Notes: generated from the sequence alone by a model not told the origin. Numbered from the stretch's first letter, positions 25,032-39,900 are shown. The stretch is DNA of 64,000 bases from Octopus sinensis (GCF_006345805.1 NC_043003.1:36022001-36086000), one strand, 5' to 3'. Program-made: numbers and translations.

Positions 25032-27162
25032 CGACTGAAAAATTCTTTATCACATTTATAATTATATGTTCCAATGGTTTCCGTACCATCTCTGCTTCCA
25101 ACGCCATTTTACCGAAAATTCCAAATGAAAACCACGTAATATTTGCGGTTTTAGATATCAGAGAGGCACTTCATCAGCCTTGCATTATCGAATGTGTGCT
25201 GCTACACTGTGCGTCCTTCAGACCTTATTGTTAGGAATATATATGGGATGAACTAATATATATATATATATACATATATACTTGCACACGCACACACACA
25301 TATATCGAGAAAGAGAGCGTAGTACACCTATGTACTTAAATGGAAGCTATTATAGATTATTCTAGTATATTGCCGCCAGGGTTTCTAAACAGAAGTCAAC
25401 GTTATCATATTCAAGATTCAATATATTGTTAATTGATTATTTTAAGTGAGATTAATATTTGATTATATAACGCTAACGCAAAGTATTAGAAAACTGATTC
25501 TCTGAAAAGTGACAGTGCAAGACTCGTGCCTTTCTTTAAGGTAGAGAAATAGTTGAAAGCAGCATGATATCATGTCAAGGAATCTTTACGCTACTCACAC
25601 GTCACTACTTCAAATATTATCTGTAAGATATTTTTGTTAATGAGTATATGTAAACTATTTAAATCTAGATTTGTTTTGTTTTAAATATTTGCGAATAGAG
25701 TCAAGTTAGCTTTTACAAATAACGTTGTTGACAATGGTGGGATTATGTCGGGAATAATTTGATAATATGATAACAAATATTGGAATGTGCAATAGAAAAA
25801 TATATACTTGAAAGCAGATGTAATCTGTAAGTGAATAATGGCTGTTTATATTCTTACATGGCTCAAATATGAATCTATTATATATGTTAACAAGCTTCTA
25901 TCACCGTTGATATATTGCAAGGCTTATTCTAATGTCTAAATCGCATTGCCATAATATATATCAAGTTGACATTTTTATTGTTATTCTCTTTGCGATTAAT
26001 ATTATCCCTTGTATTCAAGCGAACTAGAATATAACAATTCATGCACTTCATTTTTCTTCATTAATGTATGACAATGATTTCTTAAGTTTCAATTTTTCAA
26101 TACCTTACAAAATAACACGAATGAAGCAAGACATACACACGCTTGTATGTGTGTGTGTGTGTGTGTAAGTGCGTGCGTATATGTGTGCGCGCGCGCGTGA
26201 CTTGATGGATATCTTAAATTGAATGTGTTTGAGGCTTAAACACATTGCAAGTATCATGATAAATGGATGAAATTGAATTAGTGAAAGAAAGAGAAACAGA
26301 TACATAATTAAACTTTATCTCCATTTTGATTTCAAGTTTTTCTTGATATTTAATAATTTGAATTAATTTATGCTCCTAATAATATAACGGTCTAATACGA
26401 AGATTTTAATGAACTTTATGAATTTTAAATATATAGTGATTTGAGTTATTTTTATTTCTTATCATATCACTTGTGGTTTCAACTTCACGATTGAAAGAAT
26501 ATGTCATGAATATTGTTTGCGGTTGATCAAGAAGAAAGTGTCATATTTGAAAGCGGAAATGGGGGTGTTGTGAGTATAAGCATTTTCTAATAAAAATAAT
26601 CTAGTAAGTTAGAGAAAATTCCTTCAACAGTTTATCGAAACACATTTTGTTGGTTTTGCACACCTTTATCTTGTGTTATACTGCGCTTTCCAGGAGACCA
26701 AATCAACACAAAACAAGACACATTGGATAATGTAGTCCAATTCAAACAATACCTAGAAAAGTAGACAAGATTGCCATAGTTGGAACTCCTTGATGATAAG
26801 TCTGCTTGTTGAAAGTTCTCATGAGGCTAAACAATGAAACCATTAAATTCATAAATGACCGTGGAAATCAATGAGGGATTAAAAAAAGTACTAAGTAGGT
26901 AATTGTTCCAAGGTCCTAACTTCACAGAAATATACAAAACGTATCGTCTGTAAATGACAATGACGTATTAGTTCGGTACGTACATATGAAGTGCAACGTA
27001 GAGATAAACGCCCCTTCCCAGCTCAAGGAAACCATTCTGTGATATAGACGTGTGTCAGAGCCAAGAACTGATTGAGTAAAACGGAAACGTGACAAAGCTA
27101 AAAGCGAATGATTGCTAGGAATCCTAAACATCTTTCAGCCAACCAATGCAGTTAATACAATT

Positions 27163-27255
27163 CATATCTATATCAACCTAATTCAGCCTTTACAAATCAT
27201 ACATATATCGACCTAATTCAGCATTTACAAATCACATCTATATCGACCTAATTTA
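27163..27255 (+). repeat. ~35-bp minisatellite, ~2.5 copies
   Basis: TATATCRACCTAATTCAGC.TTTACAAATCA repeated. Confidence 0.8.
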
Positions 27256-30200
27256 ACCAGTAATAAACATTTAAGGCTCCCAGAGATGGTGTTGTTAATA
27301 ACTTAGAATAGATAGTAACACCTAAAAAAATGTAACAAAACTCCATGCATGCAGTTTTTATCATTATCTATAGCACATCGTCAATGGAAAATTCGAAGAA
27401 GACGGTTGAATAATTATGACATTATTCATAATCGTGATCGATCAATAACAGAGAGAGATGAAATATTTATGTACCGAAGTGATGGCATTCAGCGATACAT
27501 GCGCTCGCTAAATAGTCTTCGTCTGGCCTAATTGAAAGAGAACGCATTTTACACAGTAAAAAGGTTTTACAAGATTTTAGAAGATTTTACATGATTCAGG
27601 ATACACACTCTATTTGAGAATTGCAAGCATTTTTCATTAGTAAAGACAATTCCAAGCGGATATTAGCTGATATGGTCCTTACAGTGACTATGCAAAAGAC
27701 ACGTGGAATTCCGAAGAATCATTTTTTTTCTCATGTTAATGTATAACATGTGTTTTACTTCCTTACTTCTTGGCTCTAAAGAAAACTTGCCCAACAGAAC
27801 AATGGTTTACCCAAACGCCCCAATTTTATCTTCTTGCCAATATAATTTATCCGGATCGAAAAAAAATACAAAGAAATATTTCATGATGAAATCATAGTGT
27901 TTTGATAAATAGAATATAATAATACCTAGAATGCTATCCGTTGCGTTAGAATTTTCGTTTGAAATTTATACTTTTGCTATTTGGGAATGTGCAATAATTC
28001 TTTTTTTCTTTCTTTGTACTTATAGGATACATTCATATGATTACTAAATTACAAAACAAAAGCATTTACTAAACTATAGCAAAATTAAATAAAATAAATT
28101 TGTCATTTGTGTATCTGCAAATGATGATGATGATAATAATAATAATAATAATGATAATAATAATAATAATAACAATAATAATAATAATAATAATAACAAT
28201 AACAATGTTTAAGTTTCTATTAATTACTGATGTAATATATTGATTATCTCCATATAAGGTTGTGTAATATTTTAAACGAGACGAAGAAAAAATAACAATG
28301 GGTATTATTATTATTGATTAAAGTAATTTGATATTTAATATGCACACTTCCTCTCTGTTTCTCTCGAAATCTACCTATATACACATTCAAACCTGTAAAC
28401 TTTCGCATGCATATTTAAAGATGCCTATTTTTTTGTCACTTTATGTAGGTGTATTAGTATAAAGTAAATACCTGTATGTGCATGTGTGTGTGTGGGGGTA
28501 TGTGAGTCTGCTTGTATATATATATATTATATATATCACAAAATTTCGCACGGTATATGTATGTGTACTTGTGTCCATGCATGTATGTATATACCTATGT
28601 ACGTATATGTACTTATTCTGGCATGTGTATGTATGTAAAATGTAAGGGAGTCTGTAACTCTGTGACGAAAGCAACATTAGAATGCACCATACCATGTGGC
28701 TTCTCTTTCTTCTAAATAGTACCATTCATATACAAGCAGTAGTCGTAGTAGTAGAAATAGGAGAGAGAAGAAATAGAAAATTAGTAGAAAATTCGATGTT
28801 AGAGGAGGTGAATTATTAATTGTAATTACATAATTTATGCAAATAGTAGTATACAGAGAGGGAGAGAAGAGGAAGTGAGATTCATTCTACATAACTTAGT
28901 ACGACAAGTGTTCACGCGACCAAGCAACCGCCAAAACTACTATGGAGTATTATGAAATGGCAATCACTGTATATATCATTGTAAGCAATTCATGAAGACC
29001 ATAATTTGCCGTTGTATTTATTAGCAGTATGATTTAATTTCTTTAATCAAATAAAATGAAAATGAAATCATCATTGTAAGAGTAAATACAATTCAACAAG
29101 TCTTTGTAACAGAGTATTATCAAGATAAACAAATACCTATAAAAATGCAGATTTAAGGGTGACTGGGATCAAATACTTTTAAAATATCCACCATTTAAAA
29201 ATATGCGTTTAAATACACCATTTAAAAATATTTGTGTGTATTTTCCCGTGCATCTTCTTAACGTAAATAGATTTTCGACTATGAATATTCATTTGTTCTA
29301 TCAACTGGTCTATCCACTACTTGAATAAGCGTATAAGTGGCTTGGCAATTCACATATATATGTACCTCTAAATATAAGATTCAGGAAGAGTCAACATAGC
29401 TGTGTTTCAATGCTCGACCTTTCAATTATAAACACATTTTTTCTGGTGGCTTCCAAAGAGTTACTCATTTCTACTTACACTGCTAGCATTAAATCGGAGA
29501 TGTGACAGTTCCTCAAGATTAGCTGCAGTGAAACTGAGTCGTGTCTATGCTGAAAGTAAGCACAAGTACACACTCTAAGGTAGAGAAGATATTATCGATA
29601 ATATCAACTTCCTTTCTATAAAGATACTTATTTTATTCATTTTGGATGTATTAAGTAAAAATCAGCTCCTGTGACATTTTCGCTGCAATATAATCAATAG
29701 CATATATCTTCCTCCTTTTCGCAAATTCTGGCAATCTACTACCATTTCTGAAATATATTTTGTACATTTATTTAATTAATTTATTTATTTTGCATTAGCT
29801 GACGGTCTCACATTGTTCGGAATGGTGACGTCGATTAAATTGAATACATCAAGTGTATTTTATTATATCACCCCTGAAAGTATTACAAGTAATGTTTACC
29901 TCAGCAGGCTATTTTTATTTTCCAGTTAGGAAAGGAAAGAAAATGCACAGGATTCTTCAAAAGTCCTCTGAGACTAGTAAATAGATGGGAGTGTGTATAC
30001 CTAAATCGGAATTTTGGCTCTTATGTTTCAACATAATGAATTCTAGTAGAGACATCAATGGTGATAAGTGGTGGTGTGAAACTGGGTGACAGACTAAATC
30101 TAATAGTCGAGCAGGTTATAACTGCATTTGAACTCAGAATGAAAACAAGCCGTAAGACTTCTGCTATTCTACTTCTCTGGATTGGTAATTATATATTGAC

Positions 30201-30722
30201 ACCGAAAGAGTAAAAAGGTTAAGCAGGCACCTTTGGGATTTGTATTCAGAAATTAAGATCAAAGATTTTGAAGCATTCTATTCAACGCTCAAATCATTTT
30301 GTACGCAAAAGGTTATAATTCTAAGGCAGCAACCTGCAGAACCGATAGCATGCCGGGTAAAATACTTAACGGCATTTTCTCCGCCATTACTTTCTATGCA
30401 AGTCTAGTTGCCTACGAAAAATTGCGTCAGTAAATGGTATAACAAGAAAAAAACCCTAACATCTTTAATATCGCAGAATGCTGCATTAATAAGAAAGAAG
30501 GATATGTATGGGATATGACAGTTAACCACGATACACAAGACAAGATGCAGTGACTAGACGCATTTTAAAATAATCGTTACAATATATGAGCATGCAGAAG
30601 GAGCTAAATTGGTACTTAAACTTTAAGGTATTGGACACAATATTTGTGCTATTCATTCCGGCTCTCTGAAACTCCCAGTTTGAATCCTGCTGCAGCCAAC
30701 ATTTTGGAATCAAAAGATAAAA

Positions 30723-30874
30723 TTCTTCTTCTTCTTCTTCTTCTTCTTCTTCTTCTTCTTCTTCTTCTTCTTCTTCTTCTTCTTCTTCTTCTTCTTCTTC
30801 TTCTTCTTCTTCTTCTTCTTCTTCTCTTCTTCTTCTTCTTCTTCTTCTTCTTCTTCTTCTTCTTCTTCTTCTTC
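30723..30874. repeat. (CTT)n microsatellite, ~50 units
   Basis: Seen directly; one 1-nt interruption. Confidence 0.97.
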
Positions 30875-30931
30875 GTGATTCCAACAGACAGTGAAGTAGG
30901 TAAAAACACTAACACACACTTCTTTGTGTGC

Positions 30932-30991
<60 letters not shown>

Positions 30992-31706
30992 GTGTGTGTG
31001 TATGTGTGTGTGTATGTGTTGTGCGTGTGTATGTGTTGTGCGTGTGTATGTGTGTGTGTGTGTACACAGGCTTCGTTTTCACTAGGCATAAGGTGAGTTT
31101 CGAATGTATGATAGTACATTTACTTACATTTATTTTATTGACCCTGAAAGGTTATAGGTTCAATTTCAAACTTTTTGGAGATGAGCAAGGAAACATAAGA
31201 TAAAGAGGTATTAAGCATCATAGAATAAATCATTATCTTCCATAGATAACATATTTTCGCGGTCGTTCACATCTATATCGAAACATTTGATCAGAGGTCA
31301 GCATTTTAACCTTCCAAAACCTAACTTAATCCGATATTAATTAGAAAATTTTAAATCAAAGTAGCCAGACAGAATCAAACGCAAACAACCGAGGAAAAGT
31401 AATAAGTAAACATAACGTATATTAAGAGGCGATAGTCCAGTCTATTTAATTTCTATGGCAATTGAACTAATTGAACTCTTTCTATTGAAATTTTCTGTAA
31501 GACTCTTCTGTGGTGTCATTGTTCAAGACGTATAGCACCATCATATTTCTGTAACTTTAGATTTCATTGTGCGTGAAATTATGCAAGTACGCATCTCGGA
31601 CAAAATTTTTTTTAAAAGTATTCTTGCAAAAGAAAACCGATGCTGTACCTTAGAAAGAAGGACGTCGTCGTCGTCGTCGTCCTCGCAAAATTAGTAGTAG
31701 TAGCAA

Positions 31707-31747
<41 letters not shown>

Positions 31748-32053
31748 AGCATTTCTGTGCAAGTGCATTTATGCAACTTTATTTGTAAGACATAAGTAAA
31801 CAAAAGATGAGAGGCAAATTACAGAAATTATGGGGCCTTTATGAAGTAGTGCAGCTGACTCCAAGAGAGAGGTTTAAGATGGTTATCTGCCCCTGCAAAC
31901 CCCACAATTAATGTACGGAAATATAAAATAGCCTACTATGCGTAATGTGACTTCAGAAACTTATGTATGAAATTTGGTACGAATCGGTTGTAAAATGTAG
32001 AAATGCATGCAGTAACACAGAGACAGACATCTTCTGTATTACATGTGAGCGTG

Positions 32054-32148
<95 letters not shown>

Positions 32149-33109
32149 TATGAAAGAAGGTTTGAAAATGCAATTTTAAAGATGTTTATTCACTTGAACG
32201 GTTTCACTTTTTTAGAAAAAGATTGTCAAAAGTAAAATGTAAAGCTTTGTTGTGTTAAGTACTGATTGTCACAAAATATCAAAATACATATATACATTCT
32301 TTGATAATAATAAGAAAATATTAAAAACAGTTTACAAGGAAATATCTTAGGAAAATATTAAACAAAATGTTCAATAAAAATATTAGGATTTCATTAAAAT
32401 CATGTTTTTGGGAGGTATCTATATACATACACAGAAAAGTTTTCGGAATTCAAAAAAGTCATATTTGGTAGTATATATATATATATATATATACAGAAGG
32501 AGATATATTTAGGAGTTTAAAAGAATTTGAGATGAACTAACCAGTTTTAGCATTTTTATTGAGGGTTGTTTGCTATTTTAAGGGTCAGTGTGGAAGGTTG
32601 GTTGGGGTGGGGGAAGTAAGAGCAATGTGGAATTGAAAGGATTTTTTTGTTTCTCTCTCAGGTCTAGTCTTTCATGGGTCAGTGGTTTTGGGGACTGGTC
32701 TTAGAGGTCAGAATGGTGTTAGTGTCTGTGTGTATATATACATGTGTTTGTGTGTGTGTGTGTGGCGTTTTTTATTGGTCCCAGAGTTTATTGTGGTGTA
32801 TGTAAATGTGTCTGTGTGTGTTTTATATTTGGTAGGATGGTGTGTGCGTATGTGTGCAGATTTGTGTGTGTGTATGTGTGTGATTAATATTTGTTCGGGT
32901 GTTGTGTGTGCGCAAGCGTGTGTATGTATTTGTTTGCTGTGTGTATGCGTGTATACACACTGTGGGTGCGTGTGTGGGCTTGTGTGTTTTTGTCTTGGTG
33001 GGGATGTTATGTGTGTGTACGTGAGTGTGTGTGTGTACATGAGTGTGTGTGTCTCTGTCTGAGTATGTTTGTGTTGTTATGATTGACCTGGTGTTGTTTG
33101 TCAGGTACT

Positions 33110-33690
33110 ATGACTTCCTTTTTGTATTTTTAAGCTTCCTTAAAGACAGAAAACTGTGTTGTTTTGCTTGTGCTTTCTATGTATTAGTTTCCCTTGCTTC
33201 TGAAGTAGGTATTTCTGTAATCCTATAGTGATCATTTTATAATAGTTTTCTAGCTGTATAAGGCCTCTACCGTCTTCTGTACATTTCATATGTAACATTT
33301 CTATGTCAGATTTTGGGTGATGCATCCTAAATTCTGTCATTATTTTTCTTCTTTTCCTGTCTATTTTGATTATTTCATTTAGAGTCCAGTTAAGAATATT
33401 GCAACTGTAACTTATAACAGGGACGGCTAGAGTGTTGATATTATCTTCTTTTTCTCCTTGACTTATGCATTAATCTAATTCGTGTATAACATTCCTTTTT
33501 TATCTTCTCTTCCATTTGTGTATGGTGTATTGTATCTAGTTCCCTGATTCATAAGTATTAGTATGTCTGGGTTTGGTTGTAATTTTCGGATTTCATTTGT
33601 GTTATCTAGTATGATGTTGTTACTCTTAACTAGTTTTCCTCTTTTCAAGGTTGCTTGGCACATTTTTCTAAGCCTAAATTCATATTTACT
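33110..33690 (-). pseudogene. R4/Dong-type LINE RT fragment (separate copy)
   Basis: KCAKATLKRGK-like motif, INTLAVPVISYS, MHHPKSDIE...DGRGLIQLENYYK. Confidence 0.8.
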
Positions 33691-33714
33691 TCTTTGGCAA
33701 ATCCACGTTGCTTT

Positions 33715-33882
33715 TGTTGTTGTTGCTGTTGTTATTGTTATTATTATTATTATTATATTATTATTATTATATTATTATTATTATTATATATTATTATTAT
33801 TATATTATTATTATATATTATTATTATTATTATTATTATTACTATTATTATTATTATTATTATATTATTATTATTGTTATTA

Positions 33883-33949
<67 letters not shown>

Positions 33950-33950
33950 G
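33715..33950. repeat. (TTA)n microsatellite at the 3' end of the R4/Dong LINE
   Basis: Seen directly; reads (TAA)n on the element's sense strand. Confidence 0.95.
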
Positions 33951-33954
33951 ATTG

Positions 33955-36900
33955 ACTTTTTCTGTGTATTTCTACAAGTTGCTTCCCAGTGATCTCAAGA
34001 GACAACAATTTAGAAGTTCGAGTTGATGTTATGACTAGGTTGTCATTTATTTGGTTTTGCACATAGTATTAATAGTATTGTTCTAGAGAATGCTTAAGAA
34101 AACATAAGAAAATTTTTAGTTCGTTTTACAACTTGTGAACACCGAGGCAGTATGTTACGTAGGGTATGGGCAGTTCCCTTGACCAAAGTCTCTTCAATTT
34201 CTGACATTTTTGGGTTTCCTGGTATCTGAGCTTGGTAGGAATTAGCCTCTTTTGCTATCATTCCTAGGGAACGTATGACAGTAGGTATCCTTTCGTCGTG
34301 AGGTTCCACATTTTGCCAATTTTTATTTCAAGATCTTTATGCGTGCTCAGTTCTTGGTAGATCTTGACAGATACATTTATGTCGTTTGGGACAGTCATAT
34401 CAATGAGGAGGTCTGATATTTGTCTGAATACTTTCAATGTAATGTCTTGCTTATTCGCATCTATCCTTCAACCAGTTTGAACGGCGAAGTTCCAGAGGAG
34501 TGAGACGTGATCATTTTCAAGCACGGAGGGGGTTTGTGTTCTCACCAGCTTTTATCATGGGGCAGAGCCAGGTTTTTGAAAACTACCCAGTGAATATGCT
34601 GTGCTGCTCTATCATGCCTGTTGAGATAAGACCGCACATGCGTAATAAGACCGCACATGGAGACCACATGATCAATGATTTCATTTTGTTGTATACATAC
34701 ACGACATGTTGGGTTACTGTCGTTCTTTAATATGGTGGCCAAGTAGTTTTTTTTAGGTAGGCATTGATTTTGGGCTGCTATGATAAACCCTTCTGTTTCT
34801 GATTTTAAACCAAAATACACTGACCTCTATTGAGTAAGGCCTTTTTCAACATCGACACCATTAGCTCTTTTTGGGTATTTGCAATTGAGAGGTTTTTCTT
34901 GCCATTTATCAGTAAGAATATCTAATGCAGCAGTTTTAGTACGGGTTTACTTACGCTTACCTTTTCTTTGTTTATTTCTAGTACGTCTAATTCTGGAATT
35001 TGTTGTACTTGGAATTCATTTACATACCCCTTTGCCTGTTCGGCTACTGAGTATGATGTTTTCTTGTTTTCATGCTTTGAGACAAGTGTTAACATCCAGT
35101 CCTTAGAATTTTTCAGGTAGATGATTAGGCCAATTGTGGAAATCTTCATTGTTAATTCCAGTTGTAAAAGTCCACAGCCACCCTCTTTTCTTGACTGCTA
35201 AAGTCGTTCTATATCTGCTTCCGGTTGGTGCAATATATGTATTGTCAATAATATTCGTATTACATATTTCAGTAATTGACCAGTTAATTACATATTCAGT
35301 AATTGACCATTTAATTATATTGAAACTGTAAGTCACGACTGGTATGGCTAAAATATTGATCACTTCGATCATGTTTCTTGTATTCAGCTCTGTCTTGAGA
35401 ATTGCCCTTACTCTGCGATAACATTCTCTTCTGATCCTTCCCCTCATCACTAAATGCTTGATTCCACCATCTTGAAATACGCCTAATTATTTGTAGCTCT
35501 CAACTGGTTCTAACTCCTTTATGGCATTCTGCTGGTGAAGATTAGTGTTGGGTGTTTCTGCCATTTTCCCTTTGATAAAGGTATCTTTTGCACATTTACT
35601 GAGGCTAAATCGCATCCTGATGTCATCACTGTATTGTTGAACAACTGCTAGCAAACCCTGCAGTTGTCGGTCATGTTTTGCAAAGAGCTTTAAATCATCC
35701 ATGTAAAGAGATGATTTATATTTTTATCAAACATTTTATAGCTATATTGTACAGTATCAAGCATTTAGAGAGAGATATTAAGGCTAGACAAAAGAGGAGT
35801 GATGAAAGAGAGTCACCTCCCCGAAAATGCCACATGAAATTCATACATCTCCAGCATTGAGAGATTCATTGTCACTGTTCAAAGTCAGTTATACATTTCC
35901 AGACACTCCTTAATCCATCTATGTGATAGACTATCAAAAGCTTTTCTATAGTCTATACAGACTGTCGACAAGTTTCTGTGTCGTATATGACAAACTCCCA
36001 AGAACATCATATTGATGAGCAACTGATCTTTCAAATAATGGACCCACGTTTGCATTCTTTTCCCTAATTTATTAAAAAAACTATAGGTATATTCACTCAA
36101 GACATGATAGTATTTTATACATTGTTGTTAAGCAGGTGATGGGTTTATAATATTTTGGCTCATTTGTTTCTTCATATTTTGGAAGTAGGAATGTATCACT
36201 ATTAAGTAGTCAGGAGGGAGTCATACTAGGTTGCTGCGAAACATTGTCATAAAGTTTTGTTAGCATTTCATGACACTCTGATAAGGCATTCAATCAGAAG
36301 TTAGGAATTTTATCCCATCCTGGAGACTTCCATTAGCTTGAATTCCTGGGATTTTACATCTTCTTCCTGGATACTCTCCCACTTTTGTTCTTCTAAAGAG
36401 TCTTAGACAGTAGATATTCTATCAATCCAAGCGGCCTTTTTATTCTGTTTTTTCTTCTGTTAAATTTTATTCCAAAATTCCTGCACCTCTCCTTTTGATG
36501 GAAAAGGCTTTACTGTAACTGGTATCTACCCTATCTTCCTGTAAAAGTTTTTTGAGTTATTTTTGAACATGTTGTCCTTAAAGAATCTAACGCGCTTTTC
36601 ATACTGTGCTATGCGGGTAGCTTTAGCACATACCGATTTCTAGATAGTTTCTATGGTAGTATCAATGTCAAGTATGGTTTTCATATTACATATTTTTTAA
36701 TTTGCAGATATTTGTTGGTTTTATAGTCTTGTCAAACCTAAGGTTTTTTTAAAAACATTCTATGTCAGACCTAAGTAGCTGAATTTGGTGTTGAATATTC
36801 TCTTGCCAAGTAGGCTTTTTGTGGGAATATTGTCGTTTTTTAATCATTTCACAATATAGAATAGTTGAGATCTTCGCGGATGCCTAGTACAGGTGGTTGA

Positions 36901-37705
36901 GATCTGCAATATCAACATCTTTAGCGGATATTTTACCAATTACTTTCAGGTTTTTGTTAGAGTTCCGAATGTTTGGGAGAATGTCACGCTCATTCATGCT
37001 GGTTTCTTTAATTTTCAACCATTCAATCATGATTTGATTCTTTAGATCATGTAGTTTAGTTGGGTCAATTTCTGTGCAACTTTCTTCATCTATTTGATTT
37101 TCATCTGCCTTGGTGTTTATGGTTGGTTCAGAGAGTATTTCGCTTTGCTTATCAGTTACATTGACTCTTTCTATCATTACTGCCTTTTCATCAGACCTGG
37201 ACTGGTCCACATTTATTTCCCCAGGAGTATCTTCTTTAGCTGCAGCCTTGTTCCTTTTATCCCTTACTGATTGTTTAATTTGGTCAATCTCTATTTAAGT
37301 AATTTATTTTTCATAATGTTTCTTCTGATGTTGGTAAGTTTGTTACTATGTAGGATCTTACTTCAGGGTGCTTCTGTCTCCAGTTTAGACAGGTTTGTTT
37401 CAGTATTAGATTTATTTGTGGGTAAATACATAGCATGAAAGAAGGCCTTAAGAACTTTATTATCTCCCCCAGACCATTTTTTTAATTACTTTTATTTTGG
37501 TTATTTAATGACGAGAGTGGGTGACCATCTGCTGGAATATTCCAGCTCCTGTTTTTCGCGAGGATTTGAACCATTGGTTGATTTTTCGTGCCCAGTCTTG
37601 TTCCTCACTGGAAAGCGCAGTCCTTGTTGATACGGGTGATGGCGGATCCGGTTTGCATGTTGCTGTTTTATCATCGAGGTGTGACGAACCTGGACGTTGA
37701 CATTA
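33955..37705 (-). mobile_element. Near full-length decayed R4/Dong-clade (RLE) non-LTR retrotransposon
   Basis: RT motifs IDYRKAFDSLSHRWI, GDSLSSLLFCLAL, YMDDLKLFAK; LKSETEGFIIAAQNQ; CCHC finger CRVC...IDHVVSMC followed by RHD; C-terminal KGTAHTLRNIL; many stops and frameshifts. Confidence 0.92.
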
Positions 37706-38584
37706 GGGGGGGGGGCGGATCTGTCTGTTTAGGGTTAATTTTTTGAGACAGCACCGCCTCAGAGTTCTCTGAATGAAAACATTACGCGTAACGTAGCTTA
37801 ATTCTAACAATTTTGTGTTCGTCTGAATTGTTTTGTTGACAGATTTATCTCCGGGCATTGATCTTTGTGGTGATTTTAAACTTATGAATTGTTCATTCTG
37901 TTTATGTTCGAAAAATAACCACAAAAATTTTGTCATATTTTCGCTTCGTTTGGGACACCTGTTTTCATATGCGTGTATGTGTGTCCTGTAAATTTCACGT
38001 AGCTGTGTTAACATTGGGATGTATGTGTGGTCCTATGGGTATTAAATTTTATATATAATTGTGTAGACATTCGGGTGTATGTGTAATTAATCAATTTACG
38101 TAATTTCTGTCTTGTTCCACTTATATTTTATAATTTGTAAAACTTTCGACGTTGATTTCGCATGTCTTTCGCACATGTTTCACTGAAACATCGGGCTTGA
38201 GAGAAACTGTGCTTTGGAGAGCGGTACAATTTCGTTTTTGTGATTATTTTCGTTAAAATCCGCTTCCTTCAAGTCTTCCACAGGTTCCTTTATCCAATTC
38301 CACCAATGTTATCAGATTAGATTTGTTTTCTACGTTTGTTTAACCCCTCTAGAGGCTATATTTGGCCCCTACCAAATACGTTCGGTGGGCGTTTAATTTA
38401 ATTTAAACAAACAGAGCTTAACAAGATGGTGGAGCGCGTTTTGAAAGAGTTGAGAAAAAAACAAAACAACCCTTTCCCACGAATCTGGTGACTGCTGAAG
38501 ATTTCCCTCCCATTCCCTCCGTTATTGGCAGGTGAAGGGGGGGGGGGCGAAAAGCGAAGCTCTTACGGTAAAAAGTCCACCTCA

Positions 38585-38860
38585 TAGTAACAGCAGCGTT
38601 AGCAATGACAACAGCAGCTGCAACAGTGAGAGCAGCCGCAGCAGCATTACTAGTAGTCGTAGCAAAAACAACAACGAAAGATACAGCAACTGCAGCAGCA
38701 GTAGGGAAAGCAACAACAGCAACAACGATATCAAAAGTGACAACAGCAATAACAACAAAACCAATACCAACAGAATCGACAAGAACAACGACAGTAGCAA
38801 CAACTGCAGCACAGCAGCAGCAACAGCAACAACAACAGCGAGAACACGCCGCAGCAGTAG
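38585..38860. repeat. Cryptic (CAG/CAA/AGT) trinucleotide low-complexity tract
   Basis: Seen directly; yields low-complexity ORFs in several frames. Confidence 0.8.
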
Positions 38861-39004
38861 CGAAAGAGAAACAGCACATTGTCTTGGCCCTCACAAATAG
38901 TGACAAATTGCTAATGAAGGTATGGAAACTAATTAAACAAGTATAAATATGGGCCAATCTAACTATTCTGTCAGAGGCAATAGTAGCTCTAGAGAAAAGT
39001 ACAT

Positions 39005-39617
39005 AACTTCCTGGAAAATCGGTCGGAAACTTCACGGGAAGTTCCGAAGATTTCATGGAAAGTTCTGGAGTATCCCCAACTTCCTAGAAAATCGATCGGA
39101 AATTTCCATGAAATTTCCAAGGATTTCATGGAAAGTTCTGGGGATTCCCCAACTTCCTTGAAAGTTCCCAAGATTTCATGGAAAATCGATCGGAAACTTC
39201 ATGGAAATTTCCGATGATTTTCCTACTTCCAGGAAATTTGGTCAAAATCTTCTCGGAAAGGTCCAAGTATATTCTAACTTCTTAGAAAGTTCCGAGGATT
39301 TTATACAAAGTTCTAAGGATTTTCTAACTTCCTGGAACATTGTTTGAATACTTCTTGATAACTTCCGACGAATTTCTAATTCAATGGAAAGTTGGTCGGA
39401 AACTTCCTGGAAGGTTCCAACGATGAGCATTCCTTGAAATTTACGAGGATTTCATGGAAGGTTCGGAGGATGTGAGACTTTCTTGAAGAGTTTCGAGGAT
39501 GAGAGATTTCCTGGAAAGTGCCGTGGATGGGGCTTCGTGTTGAATTCCGAGAACTTCCTGGAAAGTTCCGAGGATGAGATACTCCTGGAAATTTTCGAGT
39601 TTGGGACTTCCTGGAAC
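39005..39617. repeat. Diverged tandem array of ~11-bp palindromic subunits with a 73-bp higher-order unit
   Basis: 39005-39077 and 39078-39150 are direct repeats; subunits resemble TTCCTGGAAAG and TTCATGGAAA. Confidence 0.85.
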
Positions 39618-39900
39618 TCAGAATATAGCGGTAGAAGAAACACCGCTAACCATTTCGCCCGGCGTGCTAACGATTCTGCCAGCTCGTCTGCTTTTTTCAG
39701 TTTCTGCGTATCAAATCCTCCCACAAGGTTTTAGTTAGCCTGGCCCAAGGTGTCATGCAGTGGGACTGAATCAAGAACTATGTGGTTGGAAGCAGGCTTC
39801 TTACTACATAGCCACGTTTGTGCCTATTCTTACTGACCAGCTGGTGTTAGAACACCTACAATGCTATATATATATAACAGCCACGTATATTTTCAATACT

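Noticed and set aside
37731-38347. piggyBac-like AGGGTTAA and TTAACCC ends
   Set aside because: They face away from each other and have no extended TIR.
38418-39056. 212-aa minus ORF and mucin-like/poly-Q plus ORFs
   Set aside because: They arise from a cryptic CAG/CAA tract open in many frames; no convincing splice sites.
39005-39617. CRISPR-like array or protein repeat
   Set aside because: No unique spacers, no cas genes, eukaryotic context; the 11- and 73-bp periods are not multiples of 3 and no frame stays open.
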